Origin: Candidatus Omnitrophota bacterium
GTDB taxonomy: Bacteria > Omnitrophota > Gorgyraeia > Zapsychrales > Fredricksoniimonadaceae
Assembly (NCBI GenBank): GCA_903860135.1
Contig: CAIOPG010000007.1
Coordinates: 2,100 to 66,099, forward strand
Direction: 5' to 3'
DNA: 64,000 nt
The position numbers and the translations under genes are program-made. The notes beneath the pieces are model-generated. The model ran no database searches. It was given only the letters and a program-made list of their open reading frames with translations, and was not told where the DNA came from. Shown one piece after another: positions 55,521 to 64,000 of the stretch. Numbering within the stretch: position 1 is the stretch's first letter; each line of letters opens with the position of its first letter.

Positions 55521-56579
55521 ATGCAAGAAAAAAATCTTATTAGCAGGATCGAGCAGGATCTCGCGGCATTAAAGATGGGCGTCAAGGATACTCCCGGCCG
55601 GTTGGATTCGAAGTGGGATTCTCTTTTATCGACAGAACCCAGGAAGTTCATTAATGAAGATTTGACGATCAATTTGGAAGGACTACGCAATTTTCGTCGT
55701 GATATTGTTTTTATTTCTGATACGCCTGTTCATGTCAAGCCGGGGTTGGGAACGATCAAGGCGCTCCTGAGCGGGGGGCATCGGGGGGAGCGCCGGTTGT
55801 TGAAGGATGCTTTTGCAGGGATTGATAAAGAAGGTCTTTTACCATTATTAAAGAAGTTCCCTTGTAATGGCGTTGGGAATCCTAATATTTGTCGGCACAA
55901 GGGGTATCAGTTTACTTTACGATGGCTGCGGCACATTTATTTAACAGGGACATTGGGGCGTCATACAGGCGATCGCTTGAATGCCGAGTTTTTTCATCTG
56001 GATGTTGGATCAAGTTATGGGCTTTTTGAGCATCTTTTGAAAATGCAATATTCCGGCGGGCATTCTATCCTTGTCGATTTTCCAGAGCAGCTGGTACTGG
56101 CGCATTATTATTTGGGAATGTCGTTCCCGGAGGCGAAGATCGCAGGGTTTCAGGAGGTTCTTAAGGCACAGGCTTTAGGGCGTGATTTCTTGAGAAAGTA
56201 TGATTTTATTTTGGTGCCCTGGTTTATGTATGAAAAGATTAGCCCTCAAACGATCGATCTTTTTACGAATTTTGCATCTTTTGGAGAAATGAAGAGAGAA
56301 TGGTTTGATTATTATTTAAAGAAAGAGCCGTTCTTAAGTGCCAGGATTTTTTATTGTGTTAACCGGTTTCAATCGGCGCCAACCTATGACACTGACTTGA
56401 CGATCCTTGATTATCCTTTGGCTCAATTTGAAAAGAAGCAATTTAGAATATCCCCTTTCTTTAGTCATACGTATCAGCGCAAGGCGGTCTTTTTTTGTGC
56501 AAAGGTTCCATTTTCATCGCAATATTTTGAGTTCGTCGGTGTTCAAAATAGTGGCGCAACAAATATGAGGAATAGATGA
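55521..56579 (+). CDS. Methyltransferase-like protein, paralog B (glycine motif partly degenerate: HLDVGSSYG)
   Basis: Shares the collinear motifs ILVDFPEQL...YYLGMSFPEAKI...FASFGEM...CVNR with ORFs 40673 and 56576. Confidence 0.45.
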   Translation: MQEKNLISRIEQDLAALKMGVKDTPGRLDSKWDSLLSTEPRKFINEDLTINLEGLRNFRRDIVFISDTPVHVKPGLGTIKALLSGGHRGERRLLKDAFAGIDKEGLLPLLKKFPCNGVGNPNICRHKGYQFTLRWLRHIYLTGTLGRHTGDRLNAEFFHLDVGSSYGLFEHLLKMQYSGGHSILVDFPEQLVLAHYYLGMSFPEAKIAGFQEVLKAQALGRDFLRKYDFILVPWFMYEKISPQTIDLFTNFASFGEMKREWFDYYLKKEPFLSARIFYCVNRFQSAPTYDTDLTILDYPLAQFEKKQFRISPFFSHTYQRKAVFFCAKVPFSSQYFEFVGVQNSGATNMRNR

Positions 56580-57496
56580 CTCATAAAGAAATCTTGAATA
56601 AGTTATATTCTGATTATTATGGGACTGCTGGGGAGTCTATTAAGGGGGGTGTTATAAGCAGTCATTGGGAAAAGTATGCAACACTCACAAATGTGTTTAT
56701 AAACAAAGGGATTTATAGCCTTTCTGGTGTTGGTTTTGGAAATTTTGTGTCGAGCAATTCGTTAAGGGCACTAAAACATTTTTTGCCTAACCGCCGTGCA
56801 CAGTCGTTACTTAATAAATTCCATGTGGACGGTAAAATACAATCGGCGGGGTTTAATGTTGCGAAAAAATCCAAAAGAGAAGTGGATTTTGATTGTGTGA
56901 AGCAAATGTTAAGCGTTGATTTGATGAATAAGCATGAAGTTCTTAATAAAGCTAAGACAATTGTTGTTATCGGAGATGGTTACGGGTATATGACGGCATT
57001 ATTAAGAACAATAGTGCCAGAGGCTAAGATTATTTGTATTAATTTAGGGCGGGTTTTGTTTTTTGATGTTTATTATGTTGGAAAAAATTTTCCGAATGAA
57101 AAGTATGCTTTAAATTCAATCGGGCATAAGGATCAGCGATTAGTTTTTTGGGAAGCTGAGAATTATCAATCATTGGGCGCTCTGCCGATAGATCTATTTA
57201 TCAATATTGCGTCTATGCAAGAAATGAATATGGATGTCATTCGCAACTATTTTAAGATCATGCGGGCCAGTGCGGGAGATGGATATTTCTATTGTTGTAA
57301 TCGTGTCGAAAAGGCATTGCCCGATGGCGCGATTATTCGATTTGATGCATATCCATGGGAAAAGAAGGACAAGGTTATGCTAGATGAATTGTGTCCATGG
57401 TATCAAAAGTTCCCCATACTGTATCCGCCATTCTGGAAAAACTTTGATGGACCATTACAGCATAGGTTGGTGAAATTGTTGCGACATTTTGGGTAA
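56576..57496 (+). CDS. Methyltransferase-like protein, paralog C
   Basis: VVIGDGYGYMTALL motif I; CINLGRVL...YYVGKNFPNEK...IASMQEM...CCNR collinear with paralogs A and B; ATGA overlap with paralog B. Confidence 0.45.
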   Translation: MTHKEILNKLYSDYYGTAGESIKGGVISSHWEKYATLTNVFINKGIYSLSGVGFGNFVSSNSLRALKHFLPNRRAQSLLNKFHVDGKIQSAGFNVAKKSKREVDFDCVKQMLSVDLMNKHEVLNKAKTIVVIGDGYGYMTALLRTIVPEAKIICINLGRVLFFDVYYVGKNFPNEKYALNSIGHKDQRLVFWEAENYQSLGALPIDLFINIASMQEMNMDVIRNYFKIMRASAGDGYFYCCNRVEKALPDGAIIRFDAYPWEKKDKVMLDELCPWYQKFPILYPPFWKNFDGPLQHRLVKLLRHFG

Positions 57497-57514
57497 AAAA
57501 GAGTAGGTGATATA

Positions 57515-58468
57515 ATGCTGAGGTCAAACATGATCCCCAAGAACAATGACATGCGTTTTGAGGTTTCAACGAAATGTAATTACAGGTGTGTGATCTGTCC
57601 GCATGGCAGTCTGACACGGGCGAAAGAAACCATGAGTCTTGAGGTTTTTAAGAAAATCTTTGACCGGCTTGTTACGGAGACCGATCAGTATGAAACATTG
57701 ACGTTCCCTGGTATGGGAGAACCTTTGCTTGATCCGACGCTCGAAGAAAAGATCGCGTATGCCAGGCAACGGAAGCCGGGGATCGCCGTTCTTATCTTGA
57801 CCAATGGATCTTTGTTGACGTTAAAGAAGTTCAAGGTTTTTGAAGCGTTGGGGGTGGCATCGATACGGGTCAGCCTTTATGGGACAGATCCCGAAAGTTA
57901 TGGGCAGGTTCATGGTATCAATGGTCAGGAGATGTATCCCCGGATCGAGGAAAACCTTCTGGCGATCTGCCGCGCAAAGACGATCACACAACTTTTGTTG
58001 ACGTATAATGTCGTCGACGGCAAGAACGACCGTGTTTTAAAGGAGTGGATCGATCTTTGGAAAGACAAGGTTGACCTTCTGGAGGTTTGGCGGCCGCACA
58101 ACTGGGTCGATTATAAGAAGTTTCGTCCTCTCCAATCGCAAATGACCAAGTCATGCGGCCGGCCATTCACAGGGCCGCTGCAGATCCAAGTCGACGGGAC
58201 AGTTAATATGTGTTGTTTCGACTTCGACGGAAAATTGACCATCGGCGATCTAAAGACACAGACGTTGGCCGAGATATTTGCCATGCCTTTTTTCCAAAAG
58301 ATCCAGCAGTGTCATGCGCGTGGTCTTTATAGTGCCAGCGGCCTGATTTGTGAGCACTGTGATCAACGCAACGCCGACAAGTCGGACACCATGATCTTTA
58401 ATTCGAAGTTCGATATCAAGGAGCGCGTGACACAGTTGTCAACAACGTACAAGAAGGTCAGGGAGTGA
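57515..58468 (+). CDS. Radical SAM enzyme with C-terminal Cys-rich (SPASM/twitch-like) region
   Basis: CNYRCVICPHG (CX3CX2C); additional C-terminal cysteines MCCFDFDG...CEHCD. Confidence 0.8.
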   Translation: MLRSNMIPKNNDMRFEVSTKCNYRCVICPHGSLTRAKETMSLEVFKKIFDRLVTETDQYETLTFPGMGEPLLDPTLEEKIAYARQRKPGIAVLILTNGSLLTLKKFKVFEALGVASIRVSLYGTDPESYGQVHGINGQEMYPRIEENLLAICRAKTITQLLLTYNVVDGKNDRVLKEWIDLWKDKVDLLEVWRPHNWVDYKKFRPLQSQMTKSCGRPFTGPLQIQVDGTVNMCCFDFDGKLTIGDLKTQTLAEIFAMPFFQKIQQCHARGLYSASGLICEHCDQRNADKSDTMIFNSKFDIKERVTQLSTTYKKVRE

Positions 58469-59049
58469 CAGCGCATGTGTTGAAACATTGGTTCTTCTGG
58501 CAGGCGGGCCGTATTTATTGCCGATGGCGCGGGGTTTGTTTTGGGAAAGGCCTGCGGGTATATGGATTGCCGATCCTTTCTTGTCATGATGAGGCAAGGA
58601 TCATGCTGGGGGATGATGTTGTTTTGACAAGTGATCCGCGGATGAACATGGCGGGCATGTCGCGCCGGGTGACATTGGCCGCGCCGTTTGCGGGCGGCGA
58701 GATTGTCGTCGGCGATCATACAGGCTTGTCCGGGGTTGTTGTTTTTGCTGTCAGGTCGGTACGCATTGGCCGTCATGTGAATGTGGGTGTTAATGTATCC
58801 ATTTATGACAACGATTTTCATGCTTTAGATTGGAAAGCCAGGCGGGCCAATGATCTTTCACAGGTGGCGGTTGCGCCGGTGGTGATTGAGGATGATGCCT
58901 GGATCGGGGGCAATGCCATGATCTTAAAAGGTGTCCATATCGGACGAGGGGCTGTGGTTGGAGCCGGCAGTGTTGTAACGTCGGATATCCCTGCCGGTAC
59001 GGTGTGGGCGGGCAATCCGGCCAAGTTCATCAAAAAACTGCCAGCATAA
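58465..59049 (+). CDS. Hexapeptide-repeat (LbH) sugar O-acetyltransferase (maltose/galactoside acetyltransferase-like)
   Basis: Multiple hexapeptide turns VGDHTGLSGVVVFA...IGRHVNVGVNVSI...IGGNAMILKGVHIGRGAVVGAGSVV and C-terminal GNPAK. Confidence 0.8.
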   Translation: MTAHVLKHWFFWQAGRIYCRWRGVCFGKGLRVYGLPILSCHDEARIMLGDDVVLTSDPRMNMAGMSRRVTLAAPFAGGEIVVGDHTGLSGVVVFAVRSVRIGRHVNVGVNVSIYDNDFHALDWKARRANDLSQVAVAPVVIEDDAWIGGNAMILKGVHIGRGAVVGAGSVVTSDIPAGTVWAGNPAKFIKKLPA

Positions 59050-60855
59050 ATGACATCGATCTTCTTCATCGACAGCCGCCAAGGCGCCCGGATCGTTCTG
59101 GATCGGGGTGTTGTCCCTTGCGCGCATGTCCTGCAGATCAAATATGATGCTAACGCTTCGGCTGCGCTTTTACTTCTGCAGGAGCGTATTCCGTCATTGC
59201 AGCTACTTTCTCCGGATCATTATGTTGAGGGCTATGAACGCAGGCACGCGGATCTTGTGGGGGCATTGAATCTTGCCAATAGCGGGGAGCCATCGTGGTG
59301 GGCGTTCGATCTGACCAATAAAAATCCAATCACGACACGCCTTTTTTATGCCATCTACCATGTACTTGTCATTAATAGGATCATAGACCGGGATACCCCG
59401 GAGTCCCTGTTTGTTGTGGCTGATGACATTGAGGCTTTTGAGCAGTTGCGCCGGCATTACCGCGCCTCTTCTACCGTGCAGCTCTTTTATCTAAGCACCC
59501 CCTATCCATGGGGAAAAGTATTGCAGCATTTCTTGCCAGTAGCCCCGATCTATCAATGCCTACGGGCATTGGCCGGGAAAGTCATCGCCCATGCCTCTCT
59601 TTCAAAATTACCTGCTGGCCAGAGGTCTTCGGTTGTGGTGATGTCGCTTTTGTATGATCCGGTCTTTAAGGGAGATAAGTATGAGGATGTTTATTTCGGC
59701 GGTTTCATCGATTTCTTAAGGAAGAGAAATATCGCTTTTATTTCGTTGATGGAGGTTTGTGCGCCATACCAACGGATGATGGCAAAGGCGCGGCGCTTTG
59801 GCCGTGAGGCGCATGTTTATCCCAAAGAATATTTCATTTCTGTCGGGCAGGTCATGACATGTTTAGGGCAAGGGTTGAAAGAGTTCTTCGGGCCGAGGGA
59901 GTTGACGGGCTCAACGATACTCGATGATCTGGATGTGCGGTACCTGGTAGAGCGCTTCTTGCAGTATGAACGTTCATCGACGCGATATGTTTCCAATCTT
60001 TTAATGCGGGAAGCTGTGAAAGGATTTGTCCGCAGGCAAGGAGCCCCGGATATTTTCTTTTATCCTTTTGAAAATCGGTCTTTTGAGAAGATGATGATTC
60101 TGGCCCTTCGTACAGGCGCGCCGGCCACCAGGATCACGGGGTATCAGCATGCGTCTTTTTCCGCACGGCATGTGAATTTTCTTTTGGCCGAAGGGGAGGC
60201 TGACATAACACCTTTGCCAGACAAGATCATGGCTTTAGGCGAAGCGACACGGGATATATTGGCCCGGATCGGGAAGTTTCCGCCCGCCATCCTGGAGGTT
60301 GGCTGTGCCTTGCGCGCGCGCCCGTTCAGTGGAGCCTTAAAACCACAGCGCGTGTTAAAAAATATTTTAGTGGCTTTAGCGACGAATATTGAGGAATATG
60401 TCAAGGTATTGCATTTCTTAAACCAGGCTTTTGATCCCGGCTGTTCGTATGTGGTGCGCCTCCGGCCGCATCCGGTGTTTCCTTTGGACGAAGCCCTGAA
60501 AATATGCGGCAGGATCGGGTTTAAATTTGAGGTTGATCGTGGCGGGCTTGAGGCGTCTTTGTCCTGGGCCGATGCGCTTGTTTATGTGCATTCCAGCCTG
60601 GCCATCGAAGGGCTGGCGCGTGGGATCCCGGCGGTCTGGCTCAGGACAGCCAGTGCGGCAAATCCGGATCCGCTGTTTGATTTCATGCGCTTCAAGTGGG
60701 CTGTTGATACTCCAGAGGCCATGATCCCGGTATTGGCGCAGATCAGTGCTTTATCTGAGATGGAATTCAAGGCGCGTCAAGAGGAGGGCGCTGGCTTTGC
60801 GCGTAAGTATATGTGTCCTGTAACAGAAGAAAGCATGGAGAGGTTTCTGGAATGA
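59050..60855 (+). CDS. Large hypothetical protein (601 aa) with an R-P-H-P motif; candidate CMP-sugar-dependent GT-B glycosyltransferase
   Basis: YVVRLRPHPVF resembles the HP motif and echoes IIYRPHPW of ORF 44108; no other signature recognized. Confidence 0.3.
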   Translation: MTSIFFIDSRQGARIVLDRGVVPCAHVLQIKYDANASAALLLLQERIPSLQLLSPDHYVEGYERRHADLVGALNLANSGEPSWWAFDLTNKNPITTRLFYAIYHVLVINRIIDRDTPESLFVVADDIEAFEQLRRHYRASSTVQLFYLSTPYPWGKVLQHFLPVAPIYQCLRALAGKVIAHASLSKLPAGQRSSVVVMSLLYDPVFKGDKYEDVYFGGFIDFLRKRNIAFISLMEVCAPYQRMMAKARRFGREAHVYPKEYFISVGQVMTCLGQGLKEFFGPRELTGSTILDDLDVRYLVERFLQYERSSTRYVSNLLMREAVKGFVRRQGAPDIFFYPFENRSFEKMMILALRTGAPATRITGYQHASFSARHVNFLLAEGEADITPLPDKIMALGEATRDILARIGKFPPAILEVGCALRARPFSGALKPQRVLKNILVALATNIEEYVKVLHFLNQAFDPGCSYVVRLRPHPVFPLDEALKICGRIGFKFEVDRGGLEASLSWADALVYVHSSLAIEGLARGIPAVWLRTASAANPDPLFDFMRFKWAVDTPEAMIPVLAQISALSEMEFKARQEEGAGFARKYMCPVTEESMERFLE

Positions 60856-61961
60856 ACATTAGTCATGTTTACATCAAGGGCGTGGCGTTCATGCGTTTCC
60901 TGGCGATGCGCTATGCGCCCTTTGGGGGCGATCGCTTCAAGGGGCGAGCGTACCTGGCAAGTTTGAACGTGACCGATAATTGTTGTTTAAAATGCGTGAT
61001 GTGCAATCAGTGGCAAACCACACATTCCGGGGAGCTAAAGACCGAAGAGTGGAAGGATATCCTAGCCCAGTTAAAGGCCGAAGGTATCCGGGAGATCAAT
61101 CTTACCGGCGGCGAGCCGTTGGTGCGCAAAGATATCTTTGATCTGATCGGGCATGCGCGGCAGCTTGGTTTGAACGTGGGGATGACCTCGAATGCTTACT
61201 TGATGAACAAGGCCAATATCGCCCGGTTGGTGGCAAGCGGCGTGAGTACCTTTAATGTGTCGATGGATGCTGTCGACGCAAAATATGATGAGATACGCGG
61301 CGTTGCGGGTGCGTACGCGCGGCTTTTGGCTGCATGTGAAGAGCTGGCGCTCAAGCGCAAGCAGGAAGGCGTGGCGGTTTATTTGTGTTTCTTGTTGATG
61401 AAAGATACGCTGGCGGATTATAAGGATGTCTTGGCACTGGGAGAAAAGCTTGGTTTGCCGGTTGTGATCAATTTGTTTGATATTAACCCTTATTTCTTTC
61501 AGGTTGACGGTCAGAAAGAGCGTTTCTGGATCCAGGAAGCACAAGCCCAGCAATTAAAGACGTTCCAGAAATTCATGGTCGAGAATAAATCCTTGCGTGA
61601 TGACTTTACTTATCACAGTTTCAGCGAGATCAAGTACGCGGCGGATTACTTTAAAGACCCCCTGCAGAAAAGACTGCCCTGTTATGTTTCACAAACGCGG
61701 CTTTGCCTTGGGCCTAAGGGCGAGGTGTTCGGCGGTTGCTGGGCCATGGGGGTTTATGGGGATTTGCGCAAGACAGCATTGAAAGACATCCTTCGATCGA
61801 AAAGATTTATTGAAGCGGGCAGGAAAATGTTCCATAAACAGTGCCCGGGCTGTTCTTGCGGGTATTCGTTGAATCTGCGTTATGCGCCACGGCATATTCT
61901 TCAGGAGATGCTATATCGGATTTTGCCATGGACGCGCGATGCGATCGGCCGGGAGCAATAA
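60852..61961 (+). CDS. Radical SAM enzyme with SPASM-like C-terminal domain
   Basis: CCLKCVMCNQW (CX3CX2C), NLTGGEPLVRKD glycine-rich SAM motif, C-terminal CYVSQTRLC...GGCW...QCPGCSC. Confidence 0.8.
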   Translation: MNISHVYIKGVAFMRFLAMRYAPFGGDRFKGRAYLASLNVTDNCCLKCVMCNQWQTTHSGELKTEEWKDILAQLKAEGIREINLTGGEPLVRKDIFDLIGHARQLGLNVGMTSNAYLMNKANIARLVASGVSTFNVSMDAVDAKYDEIRGVAGAYARLLAACEELALKRKQEGVAVYLCFLLMKDTLADYKDVLALGEKLGLPVVINLFDINPYFFQVDGQKERFWIQEAQAQQLKTFQKFMVENKSLRDDFTYHSFSEIKYAADYFKDPLQKRLPCYVSQTRLCLGPKGEVFGGCWAMGVYGDLRKTALKDILRSKRFIEAGRKMFHKQCPGCSCGYSLNLRYAPRHILQEMLYRILPWTRDAIGREQ

Positions 61962-61965
61962 GAAG

Positions 61966-62901
61966 ATGGTAAAACTCGCATTTATTATTGCTACCAAAGA
62001 CCGTCAGATGGAATTGCGGCGGCTGCTCCAGAGCCTTCAAGGGCAGTCTTGGTTCCCCGATGAGATCATCATTGTGGATGCCAGCCGTGAGCCAGCCATC
62101 GACAGGTATGCGGGCGGAGAGGCCGGGGTATTGACAATCAAATACGCCCGGGCTGAGCGGGCATGCCTTCCGGCGCAACGGAACCAGGGGGTCGGCTTGC
62201 TCGGAGAGGATATTAACCTGGTTTGTTTCCTAGATGATGATATTGTTTTTTGCCCGGGGTCGTTGCAAGCGATGCGTGATTTCTGGCTGTCTGCGGACGC
62301 GGGTATTGCGGGGGCGGTCTTAAATATTGTTAATGAAAAGAAGCCGACAGCCGGTGTTTTCCTGAAGAAACTATTCGTAACCGGTGGCCCTGAGAGGGGA
62401 GCGGTTCTTTGGTCTGGTTACAACACATTGATGTGTCCGGCCTCCCACGATATGGTGGTGCAATGGCTGTTTGGAGGGGCAACGGTTTGGCGTCGGGCGA
62501 TCTTTAAGGAATTCCTTTTCGATGACTGGTTTGAGGGGACGGGATTATGCGAAGACCTTGACTTCAGTTATCGTGTGGGGAGAAAATACCGGTTGCACGT
62601 TGTGGCAGGAGCCAGGGTGGAGCATTTGACCGGGAATTCTGGTCGGCGTCGGAATGTATGGTTCGGGCGAAGCCAAATCAAGAATCGTTATTATTTTGTC
62701 AGGAAGAATAGATTGTCGGTGGGCTTGTTCCTTTGGGCGTCAATGGGGCAATTACTTGAGAATCTGGTATTGGGAATTGTATCGTTGGACAGGCATTATT
62801 TATTGCGCACCTGGGGGAATTGTGTGGGTTTCTTTGAGCTGATGAAGGTTGAAGAGGATGTGCGTAAACGGGGAATACGGGATAAGAGTATCCCGCATTG
62901 A
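61966..62901 (+). CDS. Glycosyltransferase family 2
   Basis: LAFIIATKDRQMELRRLLQSL...IIIVDAS...FLDDD GT-A motifs. Confidence 0.75.
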   Translation: MVKLAFIIATKDRQMELRRLLQSLQGQSWFPDEIIIVDASREPAIDRYAGGEAGVLTIKYARAERACLPAQRNQGVGLLGEDINLVCFLDDDIVFCPGSLQAMRDFWLSADAGIAGAVLNIVNEKKPTAGVFLKKLFVTGGPERGAVLWSGYNTLMCPASHDMVVQWLFGGATVWRRAIFKEFLFDDWFEGTGLCEDLDFSYRVGRKYRLHVVAGARVEHLTGNSGRRRNVWFGRSQIKNRYYFVRKNRLSVGLFLWASMGQLLENLVLGIVSLDRHYLLRTWGNCVGFFELMKVEEDVRKRGIRDKSIPH

Positions 62902-62937
62902 TGGATCACTTTTGCGGATAAATCGGAGGCAAGGTTT

Positions 62938-64000
62938 ATGTTCGTGCGCGTGACGAGTTATTTATGCCTTGGGGTTATAGCGATGGCGGTGTTTTTCTAC
63001 GTTATCTTTGGGTCTTCTTTCGCCGAACTTTCTGTTCAGTTGCCTAGGCTGGATTTCCCCATATTTATTGGTGAATTATTATTGTTGTTTTGCGTTATTG
63101 TTTTCATCGGGCATCTTGTGAAGGAGCCGGTGATGTTGAAGGGGTGGCACGCAGGGGCTATGGCCTATGCCGGCTGGGTGGTCCTTAAGGCTGTGGACGG
63201 GTATATCAGCGGCGGGTCTTATGGCTTACGGAATGCCGCTTTATTCTATTATCCTCTTTTTGCTTTGTTGACCCATCATTTCATAATGAAGATCAAATTA
63301 GCGAAGCACACACTTGTCTTGCTGGGCATCCCGTTGGCGATGGCGGCTGTTGCTCTTAGTGAGCCGGGCATGACATATCCTTTATTTATGACGGCGTTGT
63401 GCCTGGCAGGCTGTATTCCTCGACGACGGATTAAGTATTCATTTTTTATCATCATTATATCTTTGTTTGTTTATCGACTGATCCTTTTAAGCAGTGGGCG
63501 TGCTTGCCTGGTTGGTGTTGTAACAGGGGTTTTATTCCTGGGTTGGTATATGATGCGCATCCAGAAGGTGTTGCTGGAGAAGCAGGTGGTTCCGATACTG
63601 GCTGTCATCATCCTCGTTGGGGGGAGTTTATGGTATCTGGGGGACCGCAATGCCATCATATCCCTGATCAAGCCGCAGCAGATGTTTGCGGCGTATAATG
63701 CATATGACAAGATTGTGGATCAACAGCAGGCAGCTTTTGTTCCGTGTAAAATTTCTTCGAAGCTTTACCATAAGAATGAGGTGGTAGTTAGGGATATTGA
63801 TAAAGGTCGTTTAAATTCGAATGATCCTGAAATTATTAGCAAGAAAGATGTTATAGCTGTATCGGCAGTGCCAGTAGTTGCGTCGTTTGATCGTCATGAG
63901 AATAATGCAATAAATATGGTAGATGTGAAAAAAAAGGCTGTTGTCGTAGAAAGTGCCGATCAGACAAGAACACAACGTTCTGCCCCAGCCCCGTTTGTTG
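62938..64000 (+). CDS. Polytopic membrane protein, 3'-partial (runs off the window end); possibly another Wzy/O-antigen-ligase-like protein
   Basis: Open frame from ATG 62938 to position 64000 without a stop (absent from the ORF track for that reason); at least 8 hydrophobic helices; LLSSGRACLVGVVTG segment. Confidence 0.45.
   Translation, partial: MFVRVTSYLCLGVIAMAVFFYVIFGSSFAELSVQLPRLDFPIFIGELLLLFCVIVFIGHLVKEPVMLKGWHAGAMAYAGWVVLKAVDGYISGGSYGLRNAALFYYPLFALLTHHFIMKIKLAKHTLVLLGIPLAMAAVALSEPGMTYPLFMTALCLAGCIPRRRIKYSFFIIIISLFVYRLILLSSGRACLVGVVTGVLFLGWYMMRIQKVLLEKQVVPILAVIILVGGSLWYLGDRNAIISLIKPQQMFAAYNAYDKIVDQQQAAFVPCKISSKLYHKNEVVVRDIDKGRLNSNDPEIISKKDVIAVSAVPVVASFDRHENNAINMVDVKKKAVVVESADQTRTQRSAPAPFV

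Noticed and set aside
1-64000. Search for CRISPR arrays, tRNA/rRNA genes, integrases and transposases
   Set aside because: No regularly spaced direct repeats with unique spacers, no cloverleaf-compatible conserved tRNA boxes in the few intergenic gaps longer than 100 bp, and no recognizable recombinase or transposase motifs. I therefore did not call mobile elements or RNA genes.

Overview
All substantive genes in this 64-kb window are on the + strand, with many ATGA/TGATG-type start/stop overlaps, and together they form one very large surface-polysaccharide biosynthesis and export locus. The window contains no rRNA genes, no tRNA genes and no CRISPR array. The source is probably an uncultivated Gram-negative-type bacterium; I cannot assign the taxon from sequence alone.

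Order of content:
- Left edge (1-980): an AbiEii-like nucleotidyltransferase toxin gene.
- 1.2-2.7 kb: a polytopic membrane protein.
- 2.7-6.0 kb: a small regulatory/envelope block: MetF, a single-domain response regulator, a FecR-like secreted protein, and an outer-membrane beta-barrel.
- 6.0-10.5 kb: export machinery: a short Wza-like OPX protein, a Wzc-type tyrosine autokinase with a poly-Tyr tail, an O-antigen-ligase/Wzy-family protein, and a calcineurin-like metallophosphoesterase.
- 11-23 kb: a visibly AT-richer block: a Wzx flippase, GH88/105-like and TIM-barrel hydrolase-like genes, a pyruvyl transferase, GT2 and GT4 transferases, an acetyltransferase, and a Wzy-like membrane protein. 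It includes a degenerate GT2 5' fragment next to a small toxin-antitoxin-like remnant.
- 23.2-24.6 kb: the priming polyprenyl-phosphate sugar transferase.
- 24.6-26.6 kb: three envelope genes.
- 26.8-28.8 kb: an inserted-looking pair, an AAA_14/DUF4143 ATPase and a signal-less papain-like C1 peptidase.
- 28.9-64 kb: a dense sugar-tailoring region:
  - a NeuB-family synthase with a KdsC-like phosphatase, an SDR, an aldehyde dehydrogenase and a split transketolase;
  - a CDP-hexose pathway with a C-methyltransferase and O-methyltransferases;
  - a Pse/Leg-like nonulosonic-acid pathway with a PseI-GNAT fusion and two cytidylyltransferases;
  - a CmoA-family protein next to two tandem methyltransferase-like paralogs, with a third copy at 40.7 kb;
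  - two radical-SAM/SPASM enzymes, hexapeptide acetyltransferases, several GT2 genes, and large unknown proteins carrying an R-P-H-P motif.

The most novel-looking parts are:
- the CmoA-like plus paralog cassette, a possible carboxy-SAM-dependent sugar modification;
- the NeuB/HAD/ALDH/transketolase module;
- the ATPase-peptidase pair;
- the GT2-fragment/TA remnant.

All functional calls are from motif-level recognition by eye. No database search was run.
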